Assembly (NCBI GenBank): GCA_963708295.1
Contig: CAVPSJ010000012.1
Coordinates: 192,001-256,000 of the forward strand
Direction of reading: 5' to 3'
Length of the DNA: 64,000 nt
Source of the DNA: an uncultured delta proteobacterium
GTDB taxonomy: Bacteria; Desulfobacterota; BSN033; UBA1163
The notes beneath the pieces were generated by a model. That model was not told the origin of the DNA, searched no databases, and saw only the letters and a list, made by a program, of their open reading frames with translations. The first letter of the stretch is position 1; the number at the start of each line of letters is the position of its first letter. Below are positions 24,538 to 35,526 of the stretch, one piece after another. The translations under genes were made by a program, and so were the position numbers.

Positions 24538-24650
24538 CGTTCTTCAACAGCGGATTGTTGGTTTCTCTTATTGAAAACTGCCAACTTCTTGGAATTGCCG
24601 GATACAGCTTCGCCCCTGCGTCGAAAGGGGAACGGGGTCGACATTGGGTC

Positions 24651-24755
24651 TTAGGGTCTCAAAAAAAATACAAACCCTATCACCAATGCGACCGCTATCG
24701 CAATGACTACCACCCAGACCCAAATTGAAGCACCAGCTTCTTTCTTTTCTTCCAT
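24651..24755 (-). CDS. 34-aa single-TM peptide (not in ORF track)
   Basis: MEEKKEAGASIWVWVVVIAIAVALVIGFVFFLRP with strong RBS AAGGAGGTGA. Confidence 0.65.
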   Translation of the reverse strand: MEEKKEAGASIWVWVVVIAIAVALVIGFVFFLRP

Positions 24756-24859
24756 CTCCGTCACCTCCTTCAAAAAATGAGGATCGTGCCATGTCAGGAG
24801 TAGGCTGACCTTCCATTCTTACAACGGATGAACGATCTGGGGCACCTCAAGACCATCGA

Positions 24860-25111
24860 TTAATAATTCTCCAGGTTTCTTAATAAGGTTTTCAGCTTAT
24901 CGGGGATAGAGTTCTCCTTGGGGTTAGTCTCTCCAATCTCCCCTTCAGTAATTTGAACCGGCATGATTAATTTATTATCCTTTGTAAGAAATTGAACCTT
25001 ATAGTTTCTATATTTGTAATCAATCACTTTACACTTAATACATCCATTTAAATGCATGATTGCCCAATCCAATATTTCTTGAGCCTCTCTTATCTTTTCA
25101 CCCTCGTCCAT
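24860..25111 (-). CDS. Hypothetical 83-aa soluble protein
   Basis: ORF with GAGGAGG RBS; no recognised family. Confidence 0.6.
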   Translation of the reverse strand: MDEGEKIREAQEILDWAIMHLNGCIKCKVIDYKYRNYKVQFLTKDNKLIMPVQITEGEIGETNPKENSIPDKLKTLLRNLENY

Positions 25112-25375
25112 ATTAACGCCTCCTCTTTTGCAACTCCATTGTCCTCCCTGCCTATAACTCCATATGAATCTTTTTTTCTTTCCTTTCAGTTATAAAACCG
25201 AAGATAGCGGATCAAGGTGGCTATGCCCAAGGTTATGACCGAAACAATCGCCCCGGGCTAGTATTGGTTCATGAATGACATAGGCGGTCGTAAGTAATTG
25301 GCAAAACCGAAGATTGTTCAGGAGTCATTACAAAGGAATCGACCCTACTCATCTTGTTTCATACTGTTCTCTCTA

Positions 25376-25567
25376 TTAAGATTGACTCTGAGTTGACGGG
25401 CCCTTATCCATTGTTTTTCCGAAGTGTGCCAATGCCCAAATCATCCCCACACCCGACATAATCACAAGCGCAAATATAATGGTGGGGTGCACGGGCAGGT
25501 GCCTAATCACCGTCCATGCTACGAAATTGCCAATGATCGGCCCAGCCACAGCTAACACTTGTTTCAT
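25376..25567 (-). CDS. 63-aa two-TM membrane protein
   Basis: RBS AAGGAGG; paralogue at 26411-26719. Confidence 0.75.
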   Translation of the reverse strand: MKQVLAVAGPIIGNFVAWTVIRHLPVHPTIIFALVIMSGVGMIWALAHFGKTMDKGPSTQSQS

Positions 25568-25789
25568 CTTTCCCTCCTTCCATAAGTTGACTCACAAAGT
25601 CTTGGTTCTTAAAAAAACAAGATTCCATTGCCATAGATGAAACACCCTTCCAGCGGTGTCGTGATCACTCCGATAGATGCAGGCACCCCTATCCAGAGTG
25701 CGTCACCTTCTGGTAAAGCATAAAGGTAAGGAATAGAGAATTTCCGCTCCAGATAATTGCATCAAGGGTTTTCTTGCCTTTTTCAGATC

Positions 25790-25873
25790 CTACAACTTCT
25801 TCACCGCACGCCCCATGAAGAAAATAACCCCTATCATGATGAGTGCTGCCACTATAATCCCTAGCGTAAACAT
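25790..25873 (-). CDS. 27-aa single-TM peptide (not in ORF track)
   Basis: MFTLGIIVAALIMIGVIFFMGRAVKKL with GGGAGG RBS. Confidence 0.6.
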   Translation of the reverse strand: MFTLGIIVAALIMIGVIFFMGRAVKKL

Positions 25874-25952
25874 AAGACCTCCCTGTTTCGTGCACTAGAT
25901 TTCATGGTGTCAAAAATATGCCACACCCTATATCCTTTTCGCATTCACTCGT

Positions 25953-26387
25953 TTACTTCACGGAGAACACCTTCGAAGTCCCGCGGTATTTAGATCTCAA
26001 CTGGGAAAAAACCCGTACCTTACAATGTTTCGAATCCACCTTAGGAACATTCCAAATATACTTCCCAGAATTGGGCACATTTTCCCCAACGTTCTGCCAC
26101 GACTTCCCCCCATCTTTTGAGAACTCAACGGTCACCATCGCCCCAAATTCGGATTCCGCCGGTTCCGATTTCCAGAGGACCTCATACGAATCTTCTGCTT
26201 TGACGACATCATTTGCCTTTGGACTCAGAATCATGACCCCTTTATCTGGCTTAGCGGTTAGAATGCTGACCACGAAAATGATTGCAACGATAGCAATCAA
26301 GACCAGCATGAATCCCCCCATCGTCAAAAAAGTATAGAATTTGCTCCAAAATCCCCGCTTCATTTCTTTCGGCTCCGCTGCTGCCAT
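25953..26387 (-). CDS. Membrane-anchored protein with a beta-sandwich-like extracytoplasmic domain
   Basis: N-terminal TM; VEFSKDGGKSWQ..PNSGKYIWNVP; AAGGAGG RBS. Confidence 0.7.
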   Translation of the reverse strand: MAAAEPKEMKRGFWSKFYTFLTMGGFMLVLIAIVAIIFVVSILTAKPDKGVMILSPKANDVVKAEDSYEVLWKSEPAESEFGAMVTVEFSKDGGKSWQNVGENVPNSGKYIWNVPKVDSKHCKVRVFSQLRSKYRGTSKVFSVK

Positions 26388-26410
26388 TATTTCCTCCTTC
26401 CTGGATGAGT

Positions 26411-26719
26411 TTAATTGGCTCTTGTTAAGTATCCTTCAAAAAGAATGAATTCAGGATTCTGGTCAAAGGCTTCCTGTCCTGTTACAGCGATACTCCCTCT
26501 GTTGAGCTTCTGTCTAGTAAAGGATTTTGGCAAAATTGGCTCTAAGTTTGACGGGTTCTTATTCGTTCTTGCAAAATGTGACAATGCCCAAATCATTAAC
26601 AATCCTCATGTGATTACCAGCGCAAAGATGATGAGAGAGTGCACAGGCAACAGAGTGATCAACGCCCATGCAACAAAATTGCCTACGACTGGCACAGCGA
26701 CACTTAAGAATTGTCTCAT
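26411..26719 (-). pseudogene. Paralogue of the 63-aa two-TM protein with an in-frame TGA
   Basis: MRQFLSVAVPVVGNFVAWALITLLPVHSLIIFALVIT*GLLMIWALSHF aligns without gaps to 25376-25567; TGA at 26606-26608. Confidence 0.7.
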
Positions 26720-26784
26720 CGTTTCCCCCTTCCATCAGTTGATTCAAAAAAAAGAAAGATTTCGCGGCCGTCTTGCACTCCAAT

Positions 26785-26878
26785 AAAAAAGCCGCTACCC
26801 GAAGTTCTATCTTCGGATAGCGGCCCGACTATCCAGTGCTTTAACCTCCAGAAATAACAAAACGTATTTCTGGACCCC
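26785..26878 (-). promoter_or_regulatory. nhaA-I/DUF1646-like (Li+/Na+) riboswitch with terminator, downstream copy
   Basis: GGGT-[CCAGAAATA/TATTTCTGG]-AGGTTAA..[GGATAG-TCGGGCCG-CTATCC] overlapping the terminator GCCGCTATCCGAAG/CTTCGGGTAGCGGC-T6. Confidence 0.7.
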
Positions 26879-26952
26879 TGTCATATCCTTTAACAAAATG
26901 ACTTACTCAAAGATGTCTTATCTTTTTTTCTTATGCTACAACCACCTCCAAT

Positions 26953-27044
26953 AAAAAAGCCGCTACCCGAAGTTTTATCTTCGGATAGCGGCCCGACTAT
27001 CCAGCCTCTTAACCTCCAGAAATATTTGATATACTTCTGGACCC
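26953..27044 (-). promoter_or_regulatory. nhaA-I/DUF1646-like (Li+/Na+) riboswitch with terminator, upstream copy
   Basis: Same architecture; P1 CCAGAAGTAT/ATATTTCTGG with a different loop; TTGACA -35 box at ~27104-27109 (minus). Confidence 0.7.
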
Positions 27045-27187
27045 AAAAAGAACCCTACGTTCGATATGATGGATACGATGTAGTTATCAAACTATTCCAT
27101 GAATGTCAAGGATTTTTTCTTACCCGATCGCCTCGATCGAAGAAATGATCCTCCAAAGAAAGGCTTGTCTTTTTCTGAGAAAATTAT

Positions 27188-29085
27188 ATGATGATTTCTA
27201 TCAACAAACCTCGTCGAGGGAATAAAAAATCAATCGGTATGATTCGATCGCTTCGCAAAAAAATCTTCATTGGATACGGCATCGCCCTGGCTTTGATGGT
27301 TGTGGTCTTTGTTTGGGCCCTGGTCCATCTGCTCGACCTCGGTGAAGCGAGCGATGCTATTTTGAGAGAAAACTATAAAAGCATTCTTGCCGCTGAAAAT
27401 ATGGTCTATGCCATCGAGCGACAGGACAGTGCAACCCTGCTTCTCTTTCTAGGGTACGAGGAGCAAGGCAGGAGACAGTTCCGCGAGAATGAGAGCCTCT
27501 TTTTCCAATGGTTGGCCCGGGCAAAGGATAATATTACCGTCGAAGGGGAGGAAAGAATTGTCAGCACCATTGAAAAAGAATACTCGACCTATCTGCAGCA
27601 TATCTCCGGACTTCCACCTGTCTCCAAGTCCAATCTGCAGAAAAGTGCAGCCTTTTATCACGAAACCATACTCCCCTCGTTTATTTCTGTCCGGGATGCA
27701 TGTATTCGTCTCCGTGAGATCAACCAGGAAACGATGTTTAAGGCCAGCGAACGGGCTCGCCACGTCGCAAAGAGAGCGATCTGGTCGATGGTCATTATCG
27801 GCAGCGCGGCCGTGGGGATCGGACTGGGATTCAGCCTTCTGCTTTCAAATCTTCTCGTCAAACCGGTTCGGCGCATGATGGAAGCGACGCAAAAGATTTC
27901 CGAGGGAAATTATGACGTGGAAATTTCAGTCGCATCCTCTGACGAATTGGGCGATTTGACATCCGACTTTAATCAAGATGGCCAAAAAGTTGAAAGCCTA
28001 TCACGACCTGAATATCGATCAAATCTTGGCAGAGAAACGAAAGAGCGATGCGATTATTCGAAGTATCGATGACGGAATTGTCGTTGTCGACAAGGAACTC
28101 AAGGTGACCGGGATCAATCCAACAGCGGCAAGAGCACTTAGCATTGAACCGGATCAGGTACAGAACAAGCATTTTCTTGAGGTGGTCAAGAATGAAATGT
28201 TGTTCAATTATGTGAAGCAGTCCGTTGAAACGGGCCAGCCTCCTTCCATCGAAGAGAGGAAGACGATTTTCACGATCGAAGAGGGAGAGAAACAACGGCA
28301 CTACCAATTTTCGATTACACCGGTGCATGGGAAGCCCGGGTCTTTGTTGGGGGTTGTCTTGCTTTTGCGTGATGTGACCCGCCTGACGGAATTGGACCGT
28401 CTCAAAAGCGAATTTGTCATGATGGCTTCGCATGAATTGCGAACCCCTTTAACGAGCATCGGCATGAGCATCAAGCTCCTTCTCGAAAAAACCATGGAGA
28501 AACTCGACGGGAAAGAGCAGCAGCTTCTTTTGGCCGCTCATGAGGACCTGCAAAGGCTTAAAAACCTTGTGAACAACTTATTGGATCTTTCGAAAATTGA
28601 AGCAGGAAAGATGGCGATGGAGTTTGAAAACATTTCTGTTGATAGCCTCTGCCAGAACGCAATGGGTGTTTTAAAGAACCAAATCGATGCAAAAGGAGTC
28701 AACGTGACTTTGGATTTACACCCCCATCTCCCCAACGTCAAAGCAGATGCCAATAAGATCATCTGGGTGTTGACCAACCTGATCTCCAACGCCCTGCGTT
28801 ACACTGACAGCGGAGGACAGATTCGCCTTTCTGCCGAGCGGATCGGCCCCTACATTCATGTCTCAGTCAGTCGACAACGGGCCAGGGATTCCGTTTGAAG
28901 TTCAATCCAAGATCTTTGACAAATTTGTTCAGATCAAAAGCGACAAGGCCCTTGGAGGAAGTGGTCTCGGATTAACCATCTGCAAAGAGATTATTCGTGC
29001 TCATGGCGGTACGATATGGGTAGATTCAACCCCGGGAGAAGGAAGTACCTTTACCTTCACGCTCCCGATCGTAGAAAAATCCTAA
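27188..29085 (+). CDS. Sensor histidine kinase 1: TM-4HB-TM-HAMP-PAS-HisKA-HATPase (frameshifts)
   Basis: ILRENYKSILAA, ASHELRTPLT, NLISNALRY, DNGPGI, GSGLGL. Confidence 0.9.
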
Positions 29086-29097
29086 AAGAGGTGCTCC

Positions 29098-29791
29098 ATG
29101 ATAAACAAATCCATTTTGATCGTAGATGATGAAAAAAATATTCGCCTGACTCTTTCACAAGCCCTGGAGACCTTGGGTGCAGAGATCGATACGGCAGCAA
29201 ATGGAGAAGAGGCCTTAACAAAGCTCAAAGAGAAGGAAGTTTGGTTTGATCCTTTTGGATATCCGAATGCCGGGAATGGATGGGATGGAAGTTCTTCGTC
29301 GAGTTCGCGAGATCCGGCCCGATATCCGTGTCATCATGATCACGGCCTACGGGACGGTTGAATCGGCAGTCGAAGCGATGAAACTGGGTGCGGTAGACTT
29401 CCTCCAGAAACCATTCGATCCTGAAGAGATTCGGGAATTAGTATCACGGGTGATGGACAGAGAAAAGCTCGATGAGCATAAACTCGCAGATTATGCATCT
29501 CACCTCGAACTTGCAAAGAAATGCATCGGAGATCGTCATTTCGATGCAGCCCTCGAACATGTGCGCAAGGCTGTCTTTATCGATCCCGGACGACCGGAAG
29601 CCTTTAATCTTCTGGGTGCTCTGATGGAGATCCAAGGGGACAGAGCCGAAGCCCAGAAGAACTACCGGGCGGCCCTTTCGCTTGATCCCTCCTATGAACC
29701 CGCCATCCAGAACCTCCATCGATCAACCACCGGAAAATGGAGACAGGCAGGAGGAATTCTTCTCGAGGAGCCTAAAAAGGAAGAAAAATAG
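29098..29791 (+). CDS. Response regulator, REC + TPR, no DNA-binding domain (frameshift)
   Basis: ILIVDDE, LLDIRMPGMDG, FLQKPF; TPR PEAFNLLGAL..YRAALSLDP. Confidence 0.85.
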
Positions 29792-29796
29792 ATGGT

Positions 29797-31848
29797 TTAT
29801 TTGACAGACCATATTTTGACCCATCTTGCCGCAGCAAGGGCCGAGAGATTGGATACCACTCCCAAAAGACGGCGTTGATCAAGCAGAAGATTCTTAAAAT
29901 CGTACTCAATGCCGATCACTCCGATAATCTCCTCAAGCGATTTCATGGGTATGAAAAAGACTCTAATGTCTGGCAGCGTTTGGGTACCCGCACCCGCAGG
30001 TTCGCCGTGGGCGTACGTCCACTCCGCAACCGCCATCTCGTTAGTCGTGAGATCAATTTCAGGGTTGACTTCGAGCCCAAACCTGCAGCCTCCCGTCTTG
30101 GCCGCTGAAAAGGACAAAAGAGCGGTGCATCCACGATCTTCGAGAGATACTTGATCGCAATATGGCTGATGTGATCAAGAACCGTCGTACGAAAAAGTGT
30201 TAAAACATTTTTCCATTCGCTTGAATTCTGAACAAGCCCCCCGACGAATTGTTCAACGGGGGGAAGCATCAAAAATTCTTTGCTCATCTCTTCGATGAGG
30301 GTAATCCGCCTGATACGAAGTTGCAGAAGAAGGTTTTGCCGTTTCGTTATTTTGACAAGTTGTCCGATGATGATCGAGGTGAGGAAAAAGACCATGACAT
30401 TGATGATGTCATGGGGATGATGCATGCTGAAGCTATATCTTGGTTCGGTAAAGAAAAAATCGAAGGTAAGCAGGCTGATGATGGAGGAAAACAAGGAAGG
30501 CCCGGTGCCGAAAAGGAGGGCACTGGCAATCGTTGCGATCAGATAGATATAAACCAGGGATATGGGATTGATAAAATTCTGAAGGAAAAAGTTCAACAAG
30601 GTAACACCGACGACCATAAGAACAGTGAGCAAGTAATCCTTGGGATCGAGCACAAGTTGTCTGGGAGTGGGTCTTGCCTCTATCTCTCTTTTTTCAACGG
30701 TTGGCGTGATGAGATGGAGCTCAAATTCGCTCGGGGTGTGCAGAAGGCGTGACGCGGGCGAGCCTTTCCAGAATCCCAATAGCATGGAATGGAGGGGCTT
30801 ACCGATCACGATATGGTTAATATTATACTCACGGGCAAAACGAAGGATCTCACTCGCTACGTCTGTTCCGGAAAGAGTCACAATTTTTGCCCCCAATTCC
30901 TCGGCAAGATTCAATGCCTCAGCGATATAAGCCTTATCTTTATCCGACATCTCTTTCAGGGCGGGTGTAGAGACATAGGCAGCATACCATTCCGCATGGG
31001 CATCTTTGGCGATGCTGTATCCTTTGCGGAGAAGCTGTTTTGCATACGGACTTGGCGCAATACATACCATCAATCTTTCGCCCGCCGGCCAGGGGCCGGA
31101 AATCGCCTTCGCCCTCATATAGTTCAAAAGTTCAGTGTCCATTTTGCGAGCGGCGTGGGTGAGCGTCAGCTCGCGGAGGGCGACGAGATTGCCTCGCTGG
31201 AAAAAGTTCTGCATCGCCCGTTCCGCCTGCCTGGGAATGTATACTTTTCCTTCTTTCAGCCGCTCAAAGAGTTCTTCCAGGGGGATATCGATGACCTGAA
31301 CTTCGTCTGCCCGATCCAGAAAAGTATCGGGCAATGTCTCTTGCATACGTATCCCCGTGATCTTTTCGACGACGTCGTTGAGGCTTTCAAAGTGCTGGAC
31401 GTTCATCGTTGTATAAACATCAATGCCGCTGTCGAGCAATTCTTCAACATCCCGATATCGTTTGGGATGGCGGCTCCCGGGGCATTGGTGTGTGCAAGTT
31501 CATCGACCAGGACCACGGCAGGCCGCCGCGATAGAATGGCGTCGAGGTCCAATTCTTCAAGGACGATCCCTTGATATTCCACACGCCGTCGTGGAATCAT
31601 TTCCAGATCTTTGAGTAATGCCTCCGTTTCAGAGCGGCCATGCGTCTCTACAATGCCCACCACCACGTCTTCGCCGCGCTTCTTCAAGACATGAGCTTCA
31701 TTGAGCATGGTATAGGTCTTTCCGACGCCGGGCGCATAGCCCAGAAATATCTTTAACCTTCCCCTTTTTTCTTCCTCGCGCTGAACTTCCTTTAAGAGGG
31801 CGTCCGGATCCGGTCGTGAATGGATCTTTAAGCTGTATTAACTTTCAT
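29797..31848 (-). CDS. KdpD-like sensor without kinase domain: KdpD-N, USP, DUF4118 TM, GAF-like (frameshifts)
   Basis: GYAPGVGKTY, VDELAHTN, TTMNVQHFESLND, GAGTQTLP; ORF ends with no HisKA motif. Confidence 0.85.
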
Positions 31849-31979
31849 CTCTTAGGACTGCCCCCATGGGTTTCGATTGCGCATTTCAAACGATTCCACC
31901 ATAGCTGCCGGGTTACTCTCCAACCACCCCACCGCTCTCCCGCGGGGGTCATAAGCACGAACTTCACTCTCTCTGCCTT

Positions 31980-32501
31980 TCAGAGAGGAGTTTTCTTAAT
32001 TCCTCTCCCTTCAAGGGGGAGGTTGGGAGGGGGATGGGGTTGCAGCTCCTGAACTAATATCCAAATCTTCTCTTTTACCGACTCCATCTCATGAAGAACC
32101 TCATTGTTCCATAATCTGAGAACGCGAAAACCAGCCGCCTGCAGTTTTTGTGTGCGATTTTCGTCATATGATACCTGCTCTCCATGTTGTCCCCCATCTA
32201 CCTCAATTACCAGCTTGTTTTCCAGGCACACAAAATCGAGGATGTAGTCACCAAATGCATGTTGACGGCGAAATTGAAGCTCCCCGCACACAAGGCGGGG
32301 GCTTCCGGTAAGGTATTATCATTCATATTGTGCTCCTTCATTCCGCCTGCTCGGCGGGCCTTCGGGACACGCTCCGGTCAAACCACAAACTTGACGACCT
32401 CGCAGAAGTTGCGACAAAGCCTGTTCCGCGTCAGACATATTGTTACGCAACGCCCGTTGCAGTTTGGCCAACCGTATCTTTTTGTTTGTCTGGCCAATCA
32501 C
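31980..32501 (-). pseudogene. DUF559 (Vsr-like) endonuclease interrupted by a 102-bp insertion
   Basis: LRNNMSDAE, FRRQH..YILDF, IEVDGGQH, GFRVLRLWN; both halves in the same frame. Confidence 0.85.
32276..32377 (-). mobile_element. IS200/IS605-like non-autonomous mini-element, copy 1
   Basis: Follows TTGA; ends with hairpin CCCCGCC..GCGGGGAGCTTCA; no target-site duplication; homologous to 56306-56408. Confidence 0.75.
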
Positions 32502-32625
32502 AATCTACCCCATCCCCTCCCCACCCCTCTCCTTGAAGGAGAGGGAACATTAAGTTAGCGCTTATGCCCGTCGAGGGGAAAAGAGGACCATTGGAGCTCA
32601 TTTTACAGAAATTGTGCTTTTAAGT

Positions 32626-33211
32626 CTATTTGCTCTTCCTTGATGCCTCATCCAGTGCCAGGTTCAATTCGAGAACGTTGACCCGTGGCTCACCCAAGAC
32701 GCCGAATTGTCTTCCCTCGGTGTGTTCTTGTACAAGTTGTTTCACTTTGTCTTCGCTCATTCGGCGTTCGCGGGCAACCCGTGGAATCTGAAAATCAGCC
32801 GCTGCCGGGCTGATGTGCGGGTCAAGTCCGGATCCGGAAGAAGTGATGAGGTCGATCGGGATCTCTACGTTGGGATTTTCAGTGCGCAATTGTTTTGAAC
32901 GCTCTCTCACCTGCTCCTCAAAAAGCTGCTTACTTGTCGGCCCGAGATTCGTGCCGCCCGAAGCGGTCGCATCGTAACCGGAACCGGCTGCAGAAGGCCG
33001 CGAGTGGAAATACCCTGGACCTTTGAAAGGTTGCCCAATCAAACGAGATCCGATCACCTTCCCTTCTCTCTCAATAAGACTCCCACGAGCTTTTTCCTTA
33101 AAGAGTAACGTCTGATAACCCGGTCATAACGAACGGGTAAATGATTCCCACAAGCACTGTGAGTACTATTGTTAATGCAACAGCCGGGTAGATTTGCTTC
33201 GACAAATTCAT
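32626..33211 (-). CDS. kdpC: K+-transporting ATPase subunit C (frameshift)
   Basis: [42 protein letters not shown]. Confidence 0.95.
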
Positions 33212-33224
33212 TTGATTTCCCCCA

Positions 33225-35362
33225 TCACACCAACCCAACAAGGTAACAATGACATCGATCATCTTAATTCCTACGAAGGGAATCACAATGCCGCCAAATC
33301 CGTAGAGGAGCAGGTTGCGCCTGAGCACCACCGCCGCCCCCAAGGGGCGATATTTGATCCCCCGTAAAGCCAGAGGAATCAGTGCAACAATGATCAGCGC
33401 GTTGAAAATCACCGCTGACAAAATGGCCGACTCCGGTGTGGCTAACTGCATGATGTTAAGCGCAGAAAGAGGCCCGCTCTTTGCGCCAATCGCCATGTAT
33501 AATGTTGAAAACATGGCCGGGATGATGGCAAAGTATTTAGACACATCATTGGCAATGGAAAACGTCGTAAGCGCACCACGTGTCATCAGAAGTTGCTTGC
33601 CAATCTCAACGATCTCGATGAGCTTTGTGGGATTCGAATCGAGATCGACCATGTTCCCAGCCTCTTTAGCCGCCATCGTCCCGGTGTTCATCGCCACGCC
33701 AACATCCGCCTGAGCAAGAGCCGGAGCATCATTCGTACCATCGCCGGTCATCGCCACAAGCTTCCCCTGAGCCTGTTCGCGACGGATGAGATCCATTTTG
33801 TCTTGCGGCTTTCGCCTCTGCGAGAAAATCATCTACTCCCGCTTCACCGGCAATGGCTGCTGCGGTCAAAGGATTATCCCCTGTAATCATGACGGTTTTA
33901 ATCCCCATTTTTCTCAGTTGCACGAACCGCTCTCGCATCCCTCCCTTTACAATGTCCTTCAGGTGGATCACGCCGAGCATGCGATTCCGATCGCCAACAA
34001 CCAGGGGTGTCCCACCGGACTTCGAGATGCGTCCAATAATTTCTCTCAGCTCAGGCGGCTCAGTTCCTCCTTGAGAACTAACGAATGAGATTATCGCATC
34101 AGGGGCACCCTTCCGGATCGAGCGCCCCCCGATGTCAACTCCCGACATCCGGGTGTGCGCGCTGAAGGGGATGAACTGCGCCTCTGTGGACGACAGCTCC
34201 CGTCCTCGCAGTCCATACTTTGTCTTTGCCAGAACCACGATCGAGCGGCCTTCCGGGGTTTCGTCCGACAAACTCGACAGCTGGGTTGCGTCTGCCATTT
34301 CCTTCTCTGTCACTCCAGGAAGCGGAATGAATTCAGTGGCCTGCCGGTTGCCAAGGGTAATCGTGCCCGTCTTATCCAGAAGCAAGGTGTTTACATCGCC
34401 CGCGGCCTCAACTGACCGGCCTGACATGGCGAGCACATTGTGTTGAATCAGTCGATCCATCCCTGCGATGCCGATGGCCGAAAGCAGCCCTCCAATCGTG
34501 GTCGGGATCAAGCAAACGAGCAATGCCACCAGCACCGTAATCGAAGGCGGCAAAGCCCGTACAAAACTACCCGCCGCATTTGAGGCTCGAACGCTGTAAA
34601 TGGCATACGGCAGCAGTGTTGCGACTGCCAGGACAAAAATGATCGTGAGCCCGGCCAGCAATATATTGAGTGCGATCTCGTTCGGCGTCTTTTGCCGTTC
34701 TGCACCCTCCACCAGTGCGATCATACGATCCAGGAAGGTGTCCCCGGGATTCGATCGGATCCGCACCTTGATCCAATCTGAAATCACTGTTGTTCCGCCC
34801 GTGACTGCCGAGCGGTCTCCCCCTGCTTCGCGAATGACAGGCGCACTTTCGCCGGTGATGGCCGATTCATCTACCGATGCAACACCCTCAATGACGTCTC
34901 CATCCCCCGGGATTACTTCTCCAGCTCGGACCAGCACAACATCGCCCTTTCGTAGGTTCGTCGCAGGGACGCGTTCGGTCTTAACCTGTTCTACCCCCTT
35001 ACCGATATCCCCCCCAATATTCCCAATAATGAGGTTGGCCAGGGTTTCAGTCTTCGCTTTGCGAAGCGTATCAGCCTGCGCCTTTCCACGACCTTCGGCC
35101 ATAGCTTCCGCAAAATTGGCAAAAAGCACGGTGAACCAGAGCCACAAGCGTTACCTGTATCGTGAAAAGCAAGGTGGCCAGTATTGCCGATAGCAATATC
35201 CCGAAAAATGAGTAACGTCGTGAGCACGCTGCCTATCTCAACGACGAACATCACCGGATTGCGCGCAACCTGCCGCGGGTCCAACTTCCTGATCGCATCC
35301 TTAATGGCCCGCTTCACGATGGGCGGGTCGAAAAGAGGTCTCTTCTGTGTTTTTCTTGCCAT
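33225..35362 (-). CDS. kdpB: K+-transporting ATPase subunit B (frameshifts)
   Basis: [39 protein letters not shown]. Confidence 0.96.
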
Positions 35363-35526
35363 ATCGTTCTCGTATCTTTAGGCGTCTCCTTCAATCTGCA
35401 ATTCATCTCCCCATTCAGAGGAACACTCCAACCTAAATCCAGATGAAAAAATTAACCCCAAACTCAGTGCGGAATACAAGGCGTGTAAGTCATCACGGAG
35501 CTATAGATCTAGTTCTGAATTAGGGT

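Noticed and set aside
26785-27044. Direct repeats as a mini-CRISPR array
   Set aside because: Only two ~93-nt units, each ending in a terminator; no cas genes; a riboswitch architecture explains them
33098-33832. Apparent KdpB-KdpC fusion in the ORF track
   Set aside because: A one-base shift restores a KdpB stop at 33225 and a separate kdpC ATG at 33211
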